This document shows positions 1-7,677 of a stretch of 44,644 bases of DNA, in pieces. Within the stretch, counting starts at the first letter, position 1; each line of letters begins with the position of its first letter. This stretch comes from an uncultured Clostridia bacterium (GTDB taxonomy: Bacteria; Bacillota; Clostridia; Christensenellales; Borkfalkiaceae), in contig CALVZR010000120.1 in NCBI GenBank assembly GCA_944372565.1, positions 1-44,644 on the forward strand. The letters run 5' to 3'. The position numbers and the translations under genes are program-made. The notes below the pieces were generated by a model. It worked only from the letters and a program-made list of their open reading frames with translations. It was not told where the DNA came from and made no database searches.

Positions 1-82
1 GATTCCCCGCCGAAAAATTATTAAACGCCGCCCCGTCTATATTTTCATTATCGATGCCGTTTTGTTCAAGTATTTTAAACAT
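1..82 (-). CDS. Phage protein, N-terminal fragment only (runs off left edge); probably another distal tail or fibre-region gene
   Basis: ATG at 82..80 preceded by AGGAGAAAATA. Reads MFKILEQNGIDNENIDGAAFNNFSAGN and stays open to the window edge. Follows the tail genes on the same strand. Confidence 0.45.
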   Translation of the reverse strand, partial: MFKILEQNGIDNENIDGAAFNNFSAGN

Positions 83-159
83 TATTTTCTCCTGTTTAAT
101 AACAAAAAAATAACAGTATACATGAGAAAAACCAAACATGCTATTGTAATCGGAACCAT
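82..159 (-). CDS. Possible 25-aa hydrophobic micro-ORF (MVPITIACLVFLMYTVIFLLLNRRK)
   Basis: ATG at 159..157 with TAAGGT 8 nt upstream. One hydrophobic helix followed by RRK. The TAA stop overlaps the ATG of the next gene (TAATG). Not in the ORF track because it is short. Confidence 0.25.
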   Translation of the reverse strand: MVPITIACLVFLMYTVIFLLLNRRK

Positions 160-182
160 CAAGAATACCTTAAGTATTTTTA

Positions 183-1067
183 TCATAACGGATCTGCTTC
201 CCAACCAAATTTTCCGATATTTAATGTATATAAGGCTATAGGGGTAGAGCCCCCATTCTGCGTTCCAATATACATACGATTCGACTGCAATGTTGAAACT
301 CTCAGCTCTACGGTAGTATAATATTGCGTGCCTGACCCAATATGTAATAGGGTTACTGTTTCTCCCCCGACTCCGGTGATTCCCTTGGGGAAAAACTGAT
401 TTATGGAAAAACCTTCGTCCGGAATTATGACAATACTTTTCCTTCCGAAATCGCTATCCCTTTCAAATTCGCAAATAACATAATTTCCTTGTCTCGTGAT
501 CGTGCCAATTTGGTCGCCCATTCCTGAAAAAGTATCATAATTGAACAGGCGACCCGACTTAAAACCCAGGCTATCGAGCCTCTCTTCGATGTTTTTTAAT
601 TGGGGGGACGTATATTCTATCGCCTGAACTTTTTTCTGCACGGAGGCGATCACGTTATTTGTCACCGTAAACGTATAAAGCAGCAAGCGGGCGGTTCCCG
701 TCGAGTTCTGCGTAAGATCGTCGCCCGCGTCAAAACTCGGATACGTTCCCGTGCTGTACGCAGATTTTATGCTCGTTGTCTGCGTGGCGAGGTTTACCTC
801 GTAAAAAATATTAAAATAGCGCATTGAGGATGCCCCCGCCGTTGAAATTTCCACGCCGCCCGCATCGACTTCGCTTTCATACCCTTGCAGAGAAACCACG
901 CCGCTCGTCACGCGGAACGTGCTTCCGTCTATCTGGTAGCCGATTTCGCTGCCCTTGTTTTTCACATACCCGTCCTGCCCGCCATACGCATAGCGAATCA
1001 TGCGCGCATCATCCGAATTTGCGACATTCGGCGTATCGCTCGGCTGTCTTATAAACCTCAGAGCCAT
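183..1067 (-). CDS. Phage distal tail / receptor-binding candidate protein (function unassigned)
   Basis: ORF-track 183..1163 trimmed to the ATG at 1067, which is preceded by AAAGGAGAG; the upstream gene stops at 1079. Lies after the Dit/Tal genes. No motif recognised. Confidence 0.6.
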   Translation of the reverse strand: MALRFIRQPSDTPNVANSDDARMIRYAYGGQDGYVKNKGSEIGYQIDGSTFRVTSGVVSLQGYESEVDAGGVEISTAGASSMRYFNIFYEVNLATQTTSIKSAYSTGTYPSFDAGDDLTQNSTGTARLLLYTFTVTNNVIASVQKKVQAIEYTSPQLKNIEERLDSLGFKSGRLFNYDTFSGMGDQIGTITRQGNYVICEFERDSDFGRKSIVIIPDEGFSINQFFPKGITGVGGETVTLLHIGSGTQYYTTVELRVSTLQSNRMYIGTQNGGSTPIALYTLNIGKFGWEADPL

Positions 1068-1078
1068 TTTTCTCTCCT

Positions 1079-2134
1079 TTATTCGATAAATTGCAGTCCG
1101 GTAAACCGATACCCCGCCTGAACTTTTACCAAACCGCTCGCATCGTAATGCAGTTCTCCGCACGGCAATTCTTTATACGGGGTTTTATCGCCGCGACGAA
1201 CGTAAATGCTGAATTTCGTATTAAAATCTGCGTTGATTCCCGAAAGTTCGATATTCTCGTTAAAAAGCGATTCGCAAAGCGTTTGCAGCGCTTCCTTGCT
1301 CGCTTCCGCCAATAAGGAAACAACATCTCCCGTGTTATCCGTCTCCTTTAAGATCACGCGGCGTTTTACCGGGAAAATATCCCTGTTTTCTGCATTCGTC
1401 GTGATCGCGTTTTGAGAAGTCAAAATCCATTTATAGTCCGTCATCGTGATCCGATTGGCCGTCTTATCCAAAACCGCCCCCTGCGTTTCGTTTACGTCCG
1501 CAACCCATTTGCCGTAATCATAGATGCCGAACTCCCATAATTTTATATTCATATTTTTCGTCATCGATTTTCCGACGCGGAATACGATCATTTTGTTTAC
1601 GATATCCATTTCGGAAGTCATAAACAGGTTATAAAATTTTAAGAACGGAGCGAAGATGTCCTCCCAAACGTCATACACGCCCTGTTCGTCTCCGACGGTC
1701 AGATCCGAAAGCGGTATCGTGCCAACATCGTCGTCAAAACTCAGCTGGCATATAAAATAATTCTGATTTACCTGCGTTGCCCATTGATTGAAAACATAAT
1801 AAAACAACGTGTTTACCGTACTTTGACTCAAATTTGCGAAATTCAGCACTACATCGCTTTTGAACATGGTTTTCAAGTCCGAGCCCGTGATCTTTGTTTT
1901 ATTCTCCGCCGTCAGTTCGGGAATCCCGGCAAGGCAGGAATAGATATAATTTCCGATATCGTTTTTCACGACGATAAACGTCGGCTGAATATTTTCCGTA
2001 AACGGCTCGCAGGTACAGGAAAGCTCGTCCAGATCCACGCCGCGGCGAATCAGCGAATAACTTGAAACGTCTATGACCAAACTTGCATTTGATTGCAATC
2101 CCTTGAAATCTTTATCCAAAAACGAAAGGATCAT
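1079..2134 (-). CDS. Phage tail-associated protein (Tal / Sipho_Gp37-like by position and recall)
   Basis: 351-aa ORF with an ATGA overlap with the Dit stop. Second gene after the tape measure. Confidence 0.6.
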   Translation of the reverse strand: MILSFLDKDFKGLQSNASLVIDVSSYSLIRRGVDLDELSCTCEPFTENIQPTFIVVKNDIGNYIYSCLAGIPELTAENKTKITGSDLKTMFKSDVVLNFANLSQSTVNTLFYYVFNQWATQVNQNYFICQLSFDDDVGTIPLSDLTVGDEQGVYDVWEDIFAPFLKFYNLFMTSEMDIVNKMIVFRVGKSMTKNMNIKLWEFGIYDYGKWVADVNETQGAVLDKTANRITMTDYKWILTSQNAITTNAENRDIFPVKRRVILKETDNTGDVVSLLAEASKEALQTLCESLFNENIELSGINADFNTKFSIYVRRGDKTPYKELPCGELHYDASGLVKVQAGYRFTGLQFIE

Positions 2135-2970
2135 AAACTGTACTGCCTCCAGCTTCCCGTCAGAATTCCGCTGTCGCTCGGCGCAAAATTGATGGAGATC
2201 TTTGAAATCCCCGTTTTTGCCCGCAAAAACGTGTCGAAACTCGGATCTGTTTCCGCCGAATAATCGACAAGCGTGGCCCCGTCGAAGTACCAGATCTTCC
2301 GCGACGCCGAATTGATTAAAACGTATTGCCCTTCCTGAAGCGTCAGATCGGGGAACCTCACGCGGTTATACGCATCCCCCGCTTCGTCGAGCAGCTGCAC
2401 ATCCGGGTGTTCCACCGTTCCGGAAATCTTTACCGTTACCGGAATATCCAGAATGTACGGATTATTTATTTCGTCGTTCGTCACCTGATTTTTCCCGTAT
2501 GCATACGGATATTTGAACGGATAACTTTTTCCCGACGCCGCCATTTCGATTTTGATTTCGTTCTGTATATTCTGAAAAAACGGCGTCAGCGGCCGGAACG
2601 TCGCCGCCTGCGCGAGGTCTCCGAACTCGTCCTTTTCGCTCTTGTCGAGCTGCACCACCTTCCCCTCCGAGTAGCGCTTTTTCGTTCCGTCATCGTATTC
2701 GAGCGCCAGCCGCGCGTCCGCTCCCGAATATTTTTGCAGCCACTGTACGAGGATGTTTGATTTCTGATAACTGTTTTTAACGAAATTGATCGTCATTTTC
2801 GCATCGATTTTTTCCTGCACGACTTTGGTCAGAATGTTTTCCACATCGCCGTTTACCGTCGATAACGTCAGTTTGAACCCGAGCCCGCTCAATTCGGTTA
2901 CCAGGTCGAGCGAAAACCTGTCCAAAATCGTATTGTCAATATCGAAAACGACAAATGCGAACTTGCGCAT
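2131..2970 (-). CDS. Distal tail protein (Dit-like)
   Basis: 279-aa ORF immediately downstream of the tape measure, RBS GAGGAGG. Position is canonical for siphovirus Dit. Confidence 0.65.
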   Translation of the reverse strand: MRKFAFVVFDIDNTILDRFSLDLVTELSGLGFKLTLSTVNGDVENILTKVVQEKIDAKMTINFVKNSYQKSNILVQWLQKYSGADARLALEYDDGTKKRYSEGKVVQLDKSEKDEFGDLAQAATFRPLTPFFQNIQNEIKIEMAASGKSYPFKYPYAYGKNQVTNDEINNPYILDIPVTVKISGTVEHPDVQLLDEAGDAYNRVRFPDLTLQEGQYVLINSASRKIWYFDGATLVDYSAETDPSFDTFLRAKTGISKISINFAPSDSGILTGSWRQYSL

Positions 2971-2972
2971 AT

Positions 2973-4841
2973 TTACCTCCTCGCCTGTTTCAGCGTTGCG
3001 ATCTCTTTGCTTACCGCCCGCGCGATCTCCTCTGCGGAAAGATTCGTCCCGTTTACCGTAATATTGATCGTATCGCTGCTCGAATAGCTGTTATCCGAAT
3101 AATAATCCCCCGCCGCCCCGCTGTTCGGCTGCAATACGGTGGATTCGTAATTCCCGCTCATAATGTCGGAAGAGAGACGGTCAAAATTATATTGATTTCT
3201 ATCAGAATCTATCTTTGGTGTCTCTTTCTGCTTACTCTCGCCCCGTGAAAAACCAAAAAGATTTCCGATCCCCTCTATCGCCTTTCCGATAATTGAATTT
3301 GAAACAAAATCTATAATATAAGATATACCGTCTATAATTGGACCGATAATTTCATATATGATATTCAAAACATCCGCTATCGCCCTTAAAATCGGTTCCG
3401 TCATCTTCAGAGCAGGCAACAACACTACTGCAACAATGTTTCCAATAAGTTCAAGCACCGGAGCTATCGTGCCTGAAAGGATGTTCCCTATCAGTTTTAA
3501 GATGGGAGTTAAAGCCTCCAACAGCGTTCCCGCCAAGTTGTTTATTGACTCTCTGAATTCTTCATTAGCCATATAAGCGGCAGCAAGCACCCCTATAATG
3601 ATGCCGATAATTCCAAACGATGAGGCGGCCGCTGAGCTAAGTTGCCCCAATATACCTATCAACGAACCTATTCCCGAGGAAATCTTTCCGATGATGATCA
3701 AAAGCGGCCCGGCGACCGCAACGATGCCGAGTATGCCCAAAATGGCGTTCTGCATTCCCGGACTCAGATTTCCGAACCATTCCGCAAGGCTCTCCAAGGC
3801 GGGAACGAGCGACGCCTCGATCCATTCGACCACGCGCTCGATCACGGGCGCAAACGCGAGCCCGAGCTGCGCCGTGGCGTATTGCATCGTCGTGTTCAGC
3901 CGATTGAAAGTATCGTCCAGCAAGGCAAGCGCCGCCGCCTCTTCGCCCGTTAAACTCGGCATCTCGTCGAATTCCGCATTCCATTTCGCCAGATCTTCCG
4001 CACCCGCGTTGATATACGGCAAAAGCTGCGTGGCGATGCGATCTCCGAATATTTCGTTTGCATACGCCGTCTGCAGTGTAGAGTCTTCCACTTTGGAGAG
4101 GGCCTCGATGATTCCGTCGAACATCTCTTCGTCGCTGCCGAACTGATCAGCCGCGATGCCCAACTCCTCAAGCGCCTGCGTCGCCGCATTTGACGTTCCC
4201 GTTGCAAGATCCGCCATCGCCGCGCGGGCGCGGATGAGAGCCCGCGTGAACGACGTGGAATCCACGCCCGCCTGTAGCGCAAGATAGCTCCATCGCTGGA
4301 TCGTTTCTGCGGAAATATCGAACTGCTGCGTCATATCGTCTATTTCCGCGCCCGTTTCCGCCGCCTTTTTTCCGATCGCGGCGGCGCCCGCGATCGCACC
4401 CGCCGCCGCAACGGAAAAAGCGGACAGCTTTTGCCCCGCCGCCGTAATTTTATCCCCCGCATTTTTAAATCCGTCGGCAAGGCGCGTAACGTCTATGTTT
4501 TTGATTTCCTCGAGGCGGTTTTTCAGGTCCGCCGCCTTTGCCTCCGTTTTTGCGAGTTCCAGCTCGAGCGCCGAATAACTTTCCTCGTTTAGCTTTCCGC
4601 CCGCTTCCAGTTCTTTGAGCTTGTCCCGAAGCCGCTGCGCTTTTGTTTCCGTCTGTTCGAGCGCCGCCTGAAACTGTTTTTGCGCCTGCGCCGCCCGCTG
4701 TCCGTCAAATTCAAATTCCAGGCTCTTTGCGAGGTTGTTCGCGGTCTTTTGCGTTTTGTTGATCTCGCGGTCGGCTTTCTGCATCTCTTTCAGAAAATCC
4801 GAAGTGTCGCCGCCGATCTTTACGGTAACGCTTTTCGGCAT
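2973..4841 (-). CDS. Tail tape measure protein
   Basis: 622 aa. Coiled-coil E/K/A-rich N-terminal part and a Gly/Ala/Ile-rich hydrophobic central block. Follows the G/GT chaperones; RBS AAGGAGGGAG. Confidence 0.9.
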   Translation of the reverse strand: MPKSVTVKIGGDTSDFLKEMQKADREINKTQKTANNLAKSLEFEFDGQRAAQAQKQFQAALEQTETKAQRLRDKLKELEAGGKLNEESYSALELELAKTEAKAADLKNRLEEIKNIDVTRLADGFKNAGDKITAAGQKLSAFSVAAAGAIAGAAAIGKKAAETGAEIDDMTQQFDISAETIQRWSYLALQAGVDSTSFTRALIRARAAMADLATGTSNAATQALEELGIAADQFGSDEEMFDGIIEALSKVEDSTLQTAYANEIFGDRIATQLLPYINAGAEDLAKWNAEFDEMPSLTGEEAAALALLDDTFNRLNTTMQYATAQLGLAFAPVIERVVEWIEASLVPALESLAEWFGNLSPGMQNAILGILGIVAVAGPLLIIIGKISSGIGSLIGILGQLSSAAASSFGIIGIIIGVLAAAYMANEEFRESINNLAGTLLEALTPILKLIGNILSGTIAPVLELIGNIVAVVLLPALKMTEPILRAIADVLNIIYEIIGPIIDGISYIIDFVSNSIIGKAIEGIGNLFGFSRGESKQKETPKIDSDRNQYNFDRLSSDIMSGNYESTVLQPNSGAAGDYYSDNSYSSSDTINITVNGTNLSAEEIARAVSKEIATLKQARR

Positions 4842-4856
4842 AGCCTTCTCCCTCCT

Positions 4857-5123
4857 TTACAACGCGTCGAATTCTTCGCTCGTCGCCGAACGAATTTCCT
4901 TGATTCCCGCTTTCGCCCTTCTTTCCTTGTTTTTCGCATCCAAAACCTGCCGCGCCGCCGAAATATTCAACGCACATACGAGGCTGAACGCATCGATGAT
5001 ATGAATCCCCCGCCAATCTATTCCCGCCTCGGAAAGAATGCGGATATATCTCAAACTCAGCGGCATCAGGTGGCGATTGCCTTCTTTGGGCAGATCGCGG
5101 ATCTTTTTAAATACCGCGATCAT
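4857..5123 (-). CDS. gpT-like -1 frame extension of the tail assembly chaperone (expressed as a G-T fusion)
   Basis: This frame is the -1 frame relative to 5141..5515. It is entered at the A_AAA_AAC heptamer just before the G stop, reading ...EKKLKRHQEEMIAVFKK... Confidence 0.75.
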   Translation of the reverse strand: MIAVFKKIRDLPKEGNRHLMPLSLRYIRILSEAGIDWRGIHIIDAFSLVCALNISAARQVLDAKNKERRAKAGIKEIRSATSEEFDAL

Positions 5124-5140
5124 CTCCTCCTGATGCCTTT

Positions 5141-5515
5141 TCAGTTTTTTTCCGCTGCGGTATCGAATACGACGTCGAAAGCGTTCTTTAAGTCCTTGAT
5201 CAGTTTATCCGTATATTCCTTTTGGGAAAAATCGAACAGTTTGAGAAATTTCAGGAAAGGAATATCCATCTCCAAAAAGCAGAATATTACTTTCAGCGCC
5301 GAGATCACTTTCGGCAGCGACATTCCCTCCTGCCCTCTGATCCTCTCCGCATAATCGACGATGCTGCCCTTTGCCGCAAGTTCCGGGAAACAGCTTTCAA
5401 AGCGCATTTGCGCAGCCATCGTGTTGTTCATCTCGATCTGCTCTTCCGCATATTCGAAAATGCGTTTGCCGTCTTTCAGTTCGTCTTTTTTTACGATGTG
5501 TAATGTAATTTTCAT
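5141..5515 (-). CDS. Tail assembly chaperone (gpG-like)
   Basis: ORF-track 5141..5602 trimmed to the ATG at 5515, preceded by GAGGGATAAA. 124 aa, located between the major tail and tape measure genes. Confidence 0.8.
   Translation of the reverse strand: MKITLHIVKKDELKDGKRIFEYAEEQIEMNNTMAAQMRFESCFPELAAKGSIVDYAERIRGQEGMSLPKVISALKVIFCFLEMDIPFLKFLKLFDFSQKEYTDKLIKDLKNAFDVVFDTAAEKN
5144..5150 (-). promoter_or_regulatory. Programmed -1 ribosomal frameshift slippery heptamer A_AAA_AAC
   Basis: The minus strand reads GCG GAA AAA AAC TGA. The heptamer is in the X_XXY_YYZ register directly before the stop, and the -1 frame continues open to 4857. Confidence 0.75.
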
Positions 5516-5534
5516 TTTATCCCTCGCTCTATAA

Positions 5535-5600
5535 GGTGGAGCGGAACGGGAGTCGAACCCGTTTGCGCGATAGAGCCGCACCCTGCCCGGCAGTCCGCCC
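5535..5600 (-). ncRNA. tRNA-like element: canonical T-arm plus 7-bp acceptor helix, but shortened D and variable regions
   Basis: Minus strand: GGGCGGA ... ACGGG TTCGACT CCCGT TCCGCTC CACC. The acceptor helix GGGCGGA/TCCGCTC has one G-U pair. Candidate anticodon arm is GTGCG GCTCTAT CGCGC. Only 62 nt between the acceptor ends, so this is not a canonical tRNA. Confidence 0.25.
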
Positions 5601-5605
5601 ATATA

Positions 5606-5632
5606 CCCGCGCAGGGCAAAGCCTCGCGCGGG
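5606..5632 (-). other. GC-rich hairpin downstream of the major tail gene (possible attenuator or terminator without a U-tract)
   Basis: CCCGCGC..GGC TTT GCC..GCGCGGG (7+3 bp with an internal mismatch), followed by TATAT. Confidence 0.3.
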
Positions 5633-5668
5633 GCAACAAAAGAGAAGTATGGCATAAAGCCTTGCGGC

Positions 5669-6292
5669 TCAAACGCTTGCCTTTTTCGGCACGGGTACGC
5701 TGTCGAGAAAAGTTTCGTACCCGGTATCTCCGGGAAGACAGCTTAACGTGTACACCCTGACGGTCATTCCGTTTTCGTCCACATAGTCTTCCGTTCCGTC
5801 CGAATCTTTCATGTTTTCTCCGTAACCCGTATAATTGTAATCAAACGTGCTTTCGGTGATATCGTCCTGATTCTGCGTTAAACTTTCGTTCGGCGGAGTG
5901 ACGGTCGCGTTCAGAACCCACACCTTTTTGGTCTTGACAGGCAGACCCTTTTCCTTGTACTCCGTTTCAAATCCGAAATTGATGCGCACGGATGATTTCA
6001 CGGCGATTTCCGCAAGTCCGTTCGCGGCGGCCTCGGCAAGCCCGATATCTTTTTCAAAATCGGCATCGCGGGCCGTTGTTCCGATCGCGCCGGTGATCGA
6101 GCGATCCGAATTCAGCGAATCCTGCAATTCTCCGTCGCCGTAAAGATTTTTCACCGTTACGTTTCTGTCTTTCGTGAACGTATTCATAAAGGTAAGCGGT
6201 TTCACGCCGCCCGAGGCGCCGCTGACCGCATAAACCGCGTTTTTCACATTGAACTGAACGAGCGTTTTGCCCGTTTTACTCGGTACCGACAT
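5669..6292 (-). CDS. Major tail protein (phi13-type by recall)
   Basis: 207 aa, RBS AAAGGAGAAA. Lies between the head-tail connectors and the G/GT chaperones. Confidence 0.8.
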   Translation of the reverse strand: MSVPSKTGKTLVQFNVKNAVYAVSGASGGVKPLTFMNTFTKDRNVTVKNLYGDGELQDSLNSDRSITGAIGTTARDADFEKDIGLAEAAANGLAEIAVKSSVRINFGFETEYKEKGLPVKTKKVWVLNATVTPPNESLTQNQDDITESTFDYNYTGYGENMKDSDGTEDYVDENGMTVRVYTLSCLPGDTGYETFLDSVPVPKKASV

Positions 6293-6674
6293 TTTCGATT
6301 TCTCCTTTTATAATGTTGATGATGTTCTCCTGTTCCGCCTCGATCGTCTTTCGGATAAACGGCTTGCCGCGGCTTCCGAATTCAAGCAGATTCACGACGG
6401 GAATTCCTTGATCGTTCACCCTCGTGTTGTTGATATAACGGACGTTCGTGTAATTGAAATTCGTTTCCCAAGAGGATCTCGTCTGTCCCGTTGCGCCTTC
6501 TGTTTCTTCCGGCGTGGCGGCTTCCAGCTTATCCTGCGCATAGTTCGCCGCCTTATCGAGGCCGCGATCGACGCGCTCGTAAAGCTCTTCCGTAATCCCG
6601 TCGAGAACTTCTTTCAGTGCCGCGCCGAAATTATCCAGCGTCGGTTTTAAACTTCCGCGTTTCTTTTTAGCCAT
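6276..6674 (-). CDS. HK97 gp10-family tail-completion protein
   Basis: 132 aa with an NLLEFGSRGKPF motif typical of the gp10 family. Overlaps both neighbouring genes. Confidence 0.7.
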   Translation of the reverse strand: MAKKKRGSLKPTLDNFGAALKEVLDGITEELYERVDRGLDKAANYAQDKLEAATPEETEGATGQTRSSWETNFNYTNVRYINNTRVNDQGIPVVNLLEFGSRGKPFIRKTIEAEQENIINIIKGEIENVGTE

Positions 6675-7053
6675 AAATAAACGTCACGCTCCAGGAATAT
6701 TGCGAAATTTTCTGCACGTCGTTATATCCGAGGTTGTACCCCGTGTATTCCGCGTCCGCCGCCCGCAGCAGCGCCTCCACCTTCGCTTTGTTTACGTTGT
6801 GAATATCCGTACTCACATCGCCTTTCGATTTCGAAACGAGGGTGATATCGCAGTTTGATCTGCGCAAAAGCGCCTTTCCGTCCCCGTAAATCCGCCCTCC
6901 GTTCGTGATGTCCGAGCGGATGAGAAGATAACTTTCCGGCGTGCTGTTTTCGTCCTCGCTCATAATTTCCTTATAAACGGGGATTTCATCCGCCAGCGGA
7001 GATACGATGCTCCAAAGAACATCGGCTGCATTTTCCGAATTACAGATTTGCAT
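6667..7053 (-). CDS. Head-tail connector / tail-completion protein (family unassigned)
   Basis: 128-aa ORF in the connector block, RBS GAGGAG. Confidence 0.55.
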   Translation of the reverse strand: MQICNSENAADVLWSIVSPLADEIPVYKEIMSEDENSTPESYLLIRSDITNGGRIYGDGKALLRRSNCDITLVSKSKGDVSTDIHNVNKAKVEALLRAADAEYTGYNLGYNDVQKISQYSWSVTFIYG

Positions 7054-7399
7054 CGATCCACTCCTCTATTGCCGCCTGCACGGCTTTGTCGTCGCACTTC
7101 TGCACATTCAACAGCATTTCGGATTCCGACTTCGCTTTGCCGAATGTTTTGATTTCATACGCCGCCTTGTCGAAATATAAATACTTTTCCGAAGCGTACT
7201 GCACGCGCGGGACGATTATGCTGAAAGAAAGGGTAAATCCCTGCATCTGCCCGAGCTGGGCGGTATTTACGCCGACCAGCTCGACAGTGCAGGCGATCGC
7301 TTTCGCATTCGTGACTTTTTTGGATCTGTCGCCCGTCTCCGCATCCTGCTGCGATGCGGAAACATCCGCCAGAATTACCCGTTTATTCCCCGTCAGCAT
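7040..7399 (-). CDS. Head closure / head-tail adaptor protein
   Basis: 119 aa, second gene after the capsid gene, RBS AGGGGAG. Overlaps its neighbours. Confidence 0.6.
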   Translation of the reverse strand: MLTGNKRVILADVSASQQDAETGDRSKKVTNAKAIACTVELVGVNTAQLGQMQGFTLSFSIIVPRVQYASEKYLYFDKAAYEIKTFGKAKSESEMLLNVQKCDDKAVQAAIEEWIDANL

Positions 7400-7667
7400 A
7401 ACGCTCCCCTTTTGTTTGTGCGGAAAGAGTGTTGCGGAGCAGGTTCAGCGTCGGATCGTTGGCAATGTCCTTTTTGTTCATCAGCGCTTCCGCCCATAAA
7501 ACCGTCGTCGCCTTTCCGAGATCGGAATTCAACACGCTTTCTGAAATATCGTTGGATTTGATTTGTTCCGCCGCCATATTCAGAAAATTCGAATAATATT
7601 GATCGAGCGGATTATCGGGCGTAAAATCGCCGATCGTCATTTTGAACATCGCCAACAATTCGTCCAT
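7383..7667 (-). CDS. gp6-like head-tail connector (DNA-packaging) protein
   Basis: 94 aa immediately after the capsid gene, RBS AAGGAG. Confidence 0.65.
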   Translation of the reverse strand: MDELLAMFKMTIGDFTPDNPLDQYYSNFLNMAAEQIKSNDISESVLNSDLGKATTVLWAEALMNKKDIANDPTLNLLRNTLSAQTKGERYADGE

Positions 7668-7677
7668 AGTTTACTCC

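Noticed and set aside
5535-5600. tRNA-like element as the attP/att remnant of this prophage
   Set aside because: It lies in the middle of the tail operon, far from int. Its acceptor and T-stem sequence differs from the tRNA-Ala adjacent to the integrase, so it cannot be this phage's att core.
5516-5602. N-terminal extension of the chaperone ORF (MGGLPGRVRLYRANGFDSRSAPPYRARDK...). Similar extensions occur at 1068..1163, 14099..14131, 17062..17145, 17381..17422, 19237..19260, 20065..20118, 20896..20967 and 40192..40326.
   Set aside because: In each case an internal ATG with a good RBS sits just after the stop of the upstream gene, often as an ATGA overlap. The extension would overlap the upstream gene or structured RNA.
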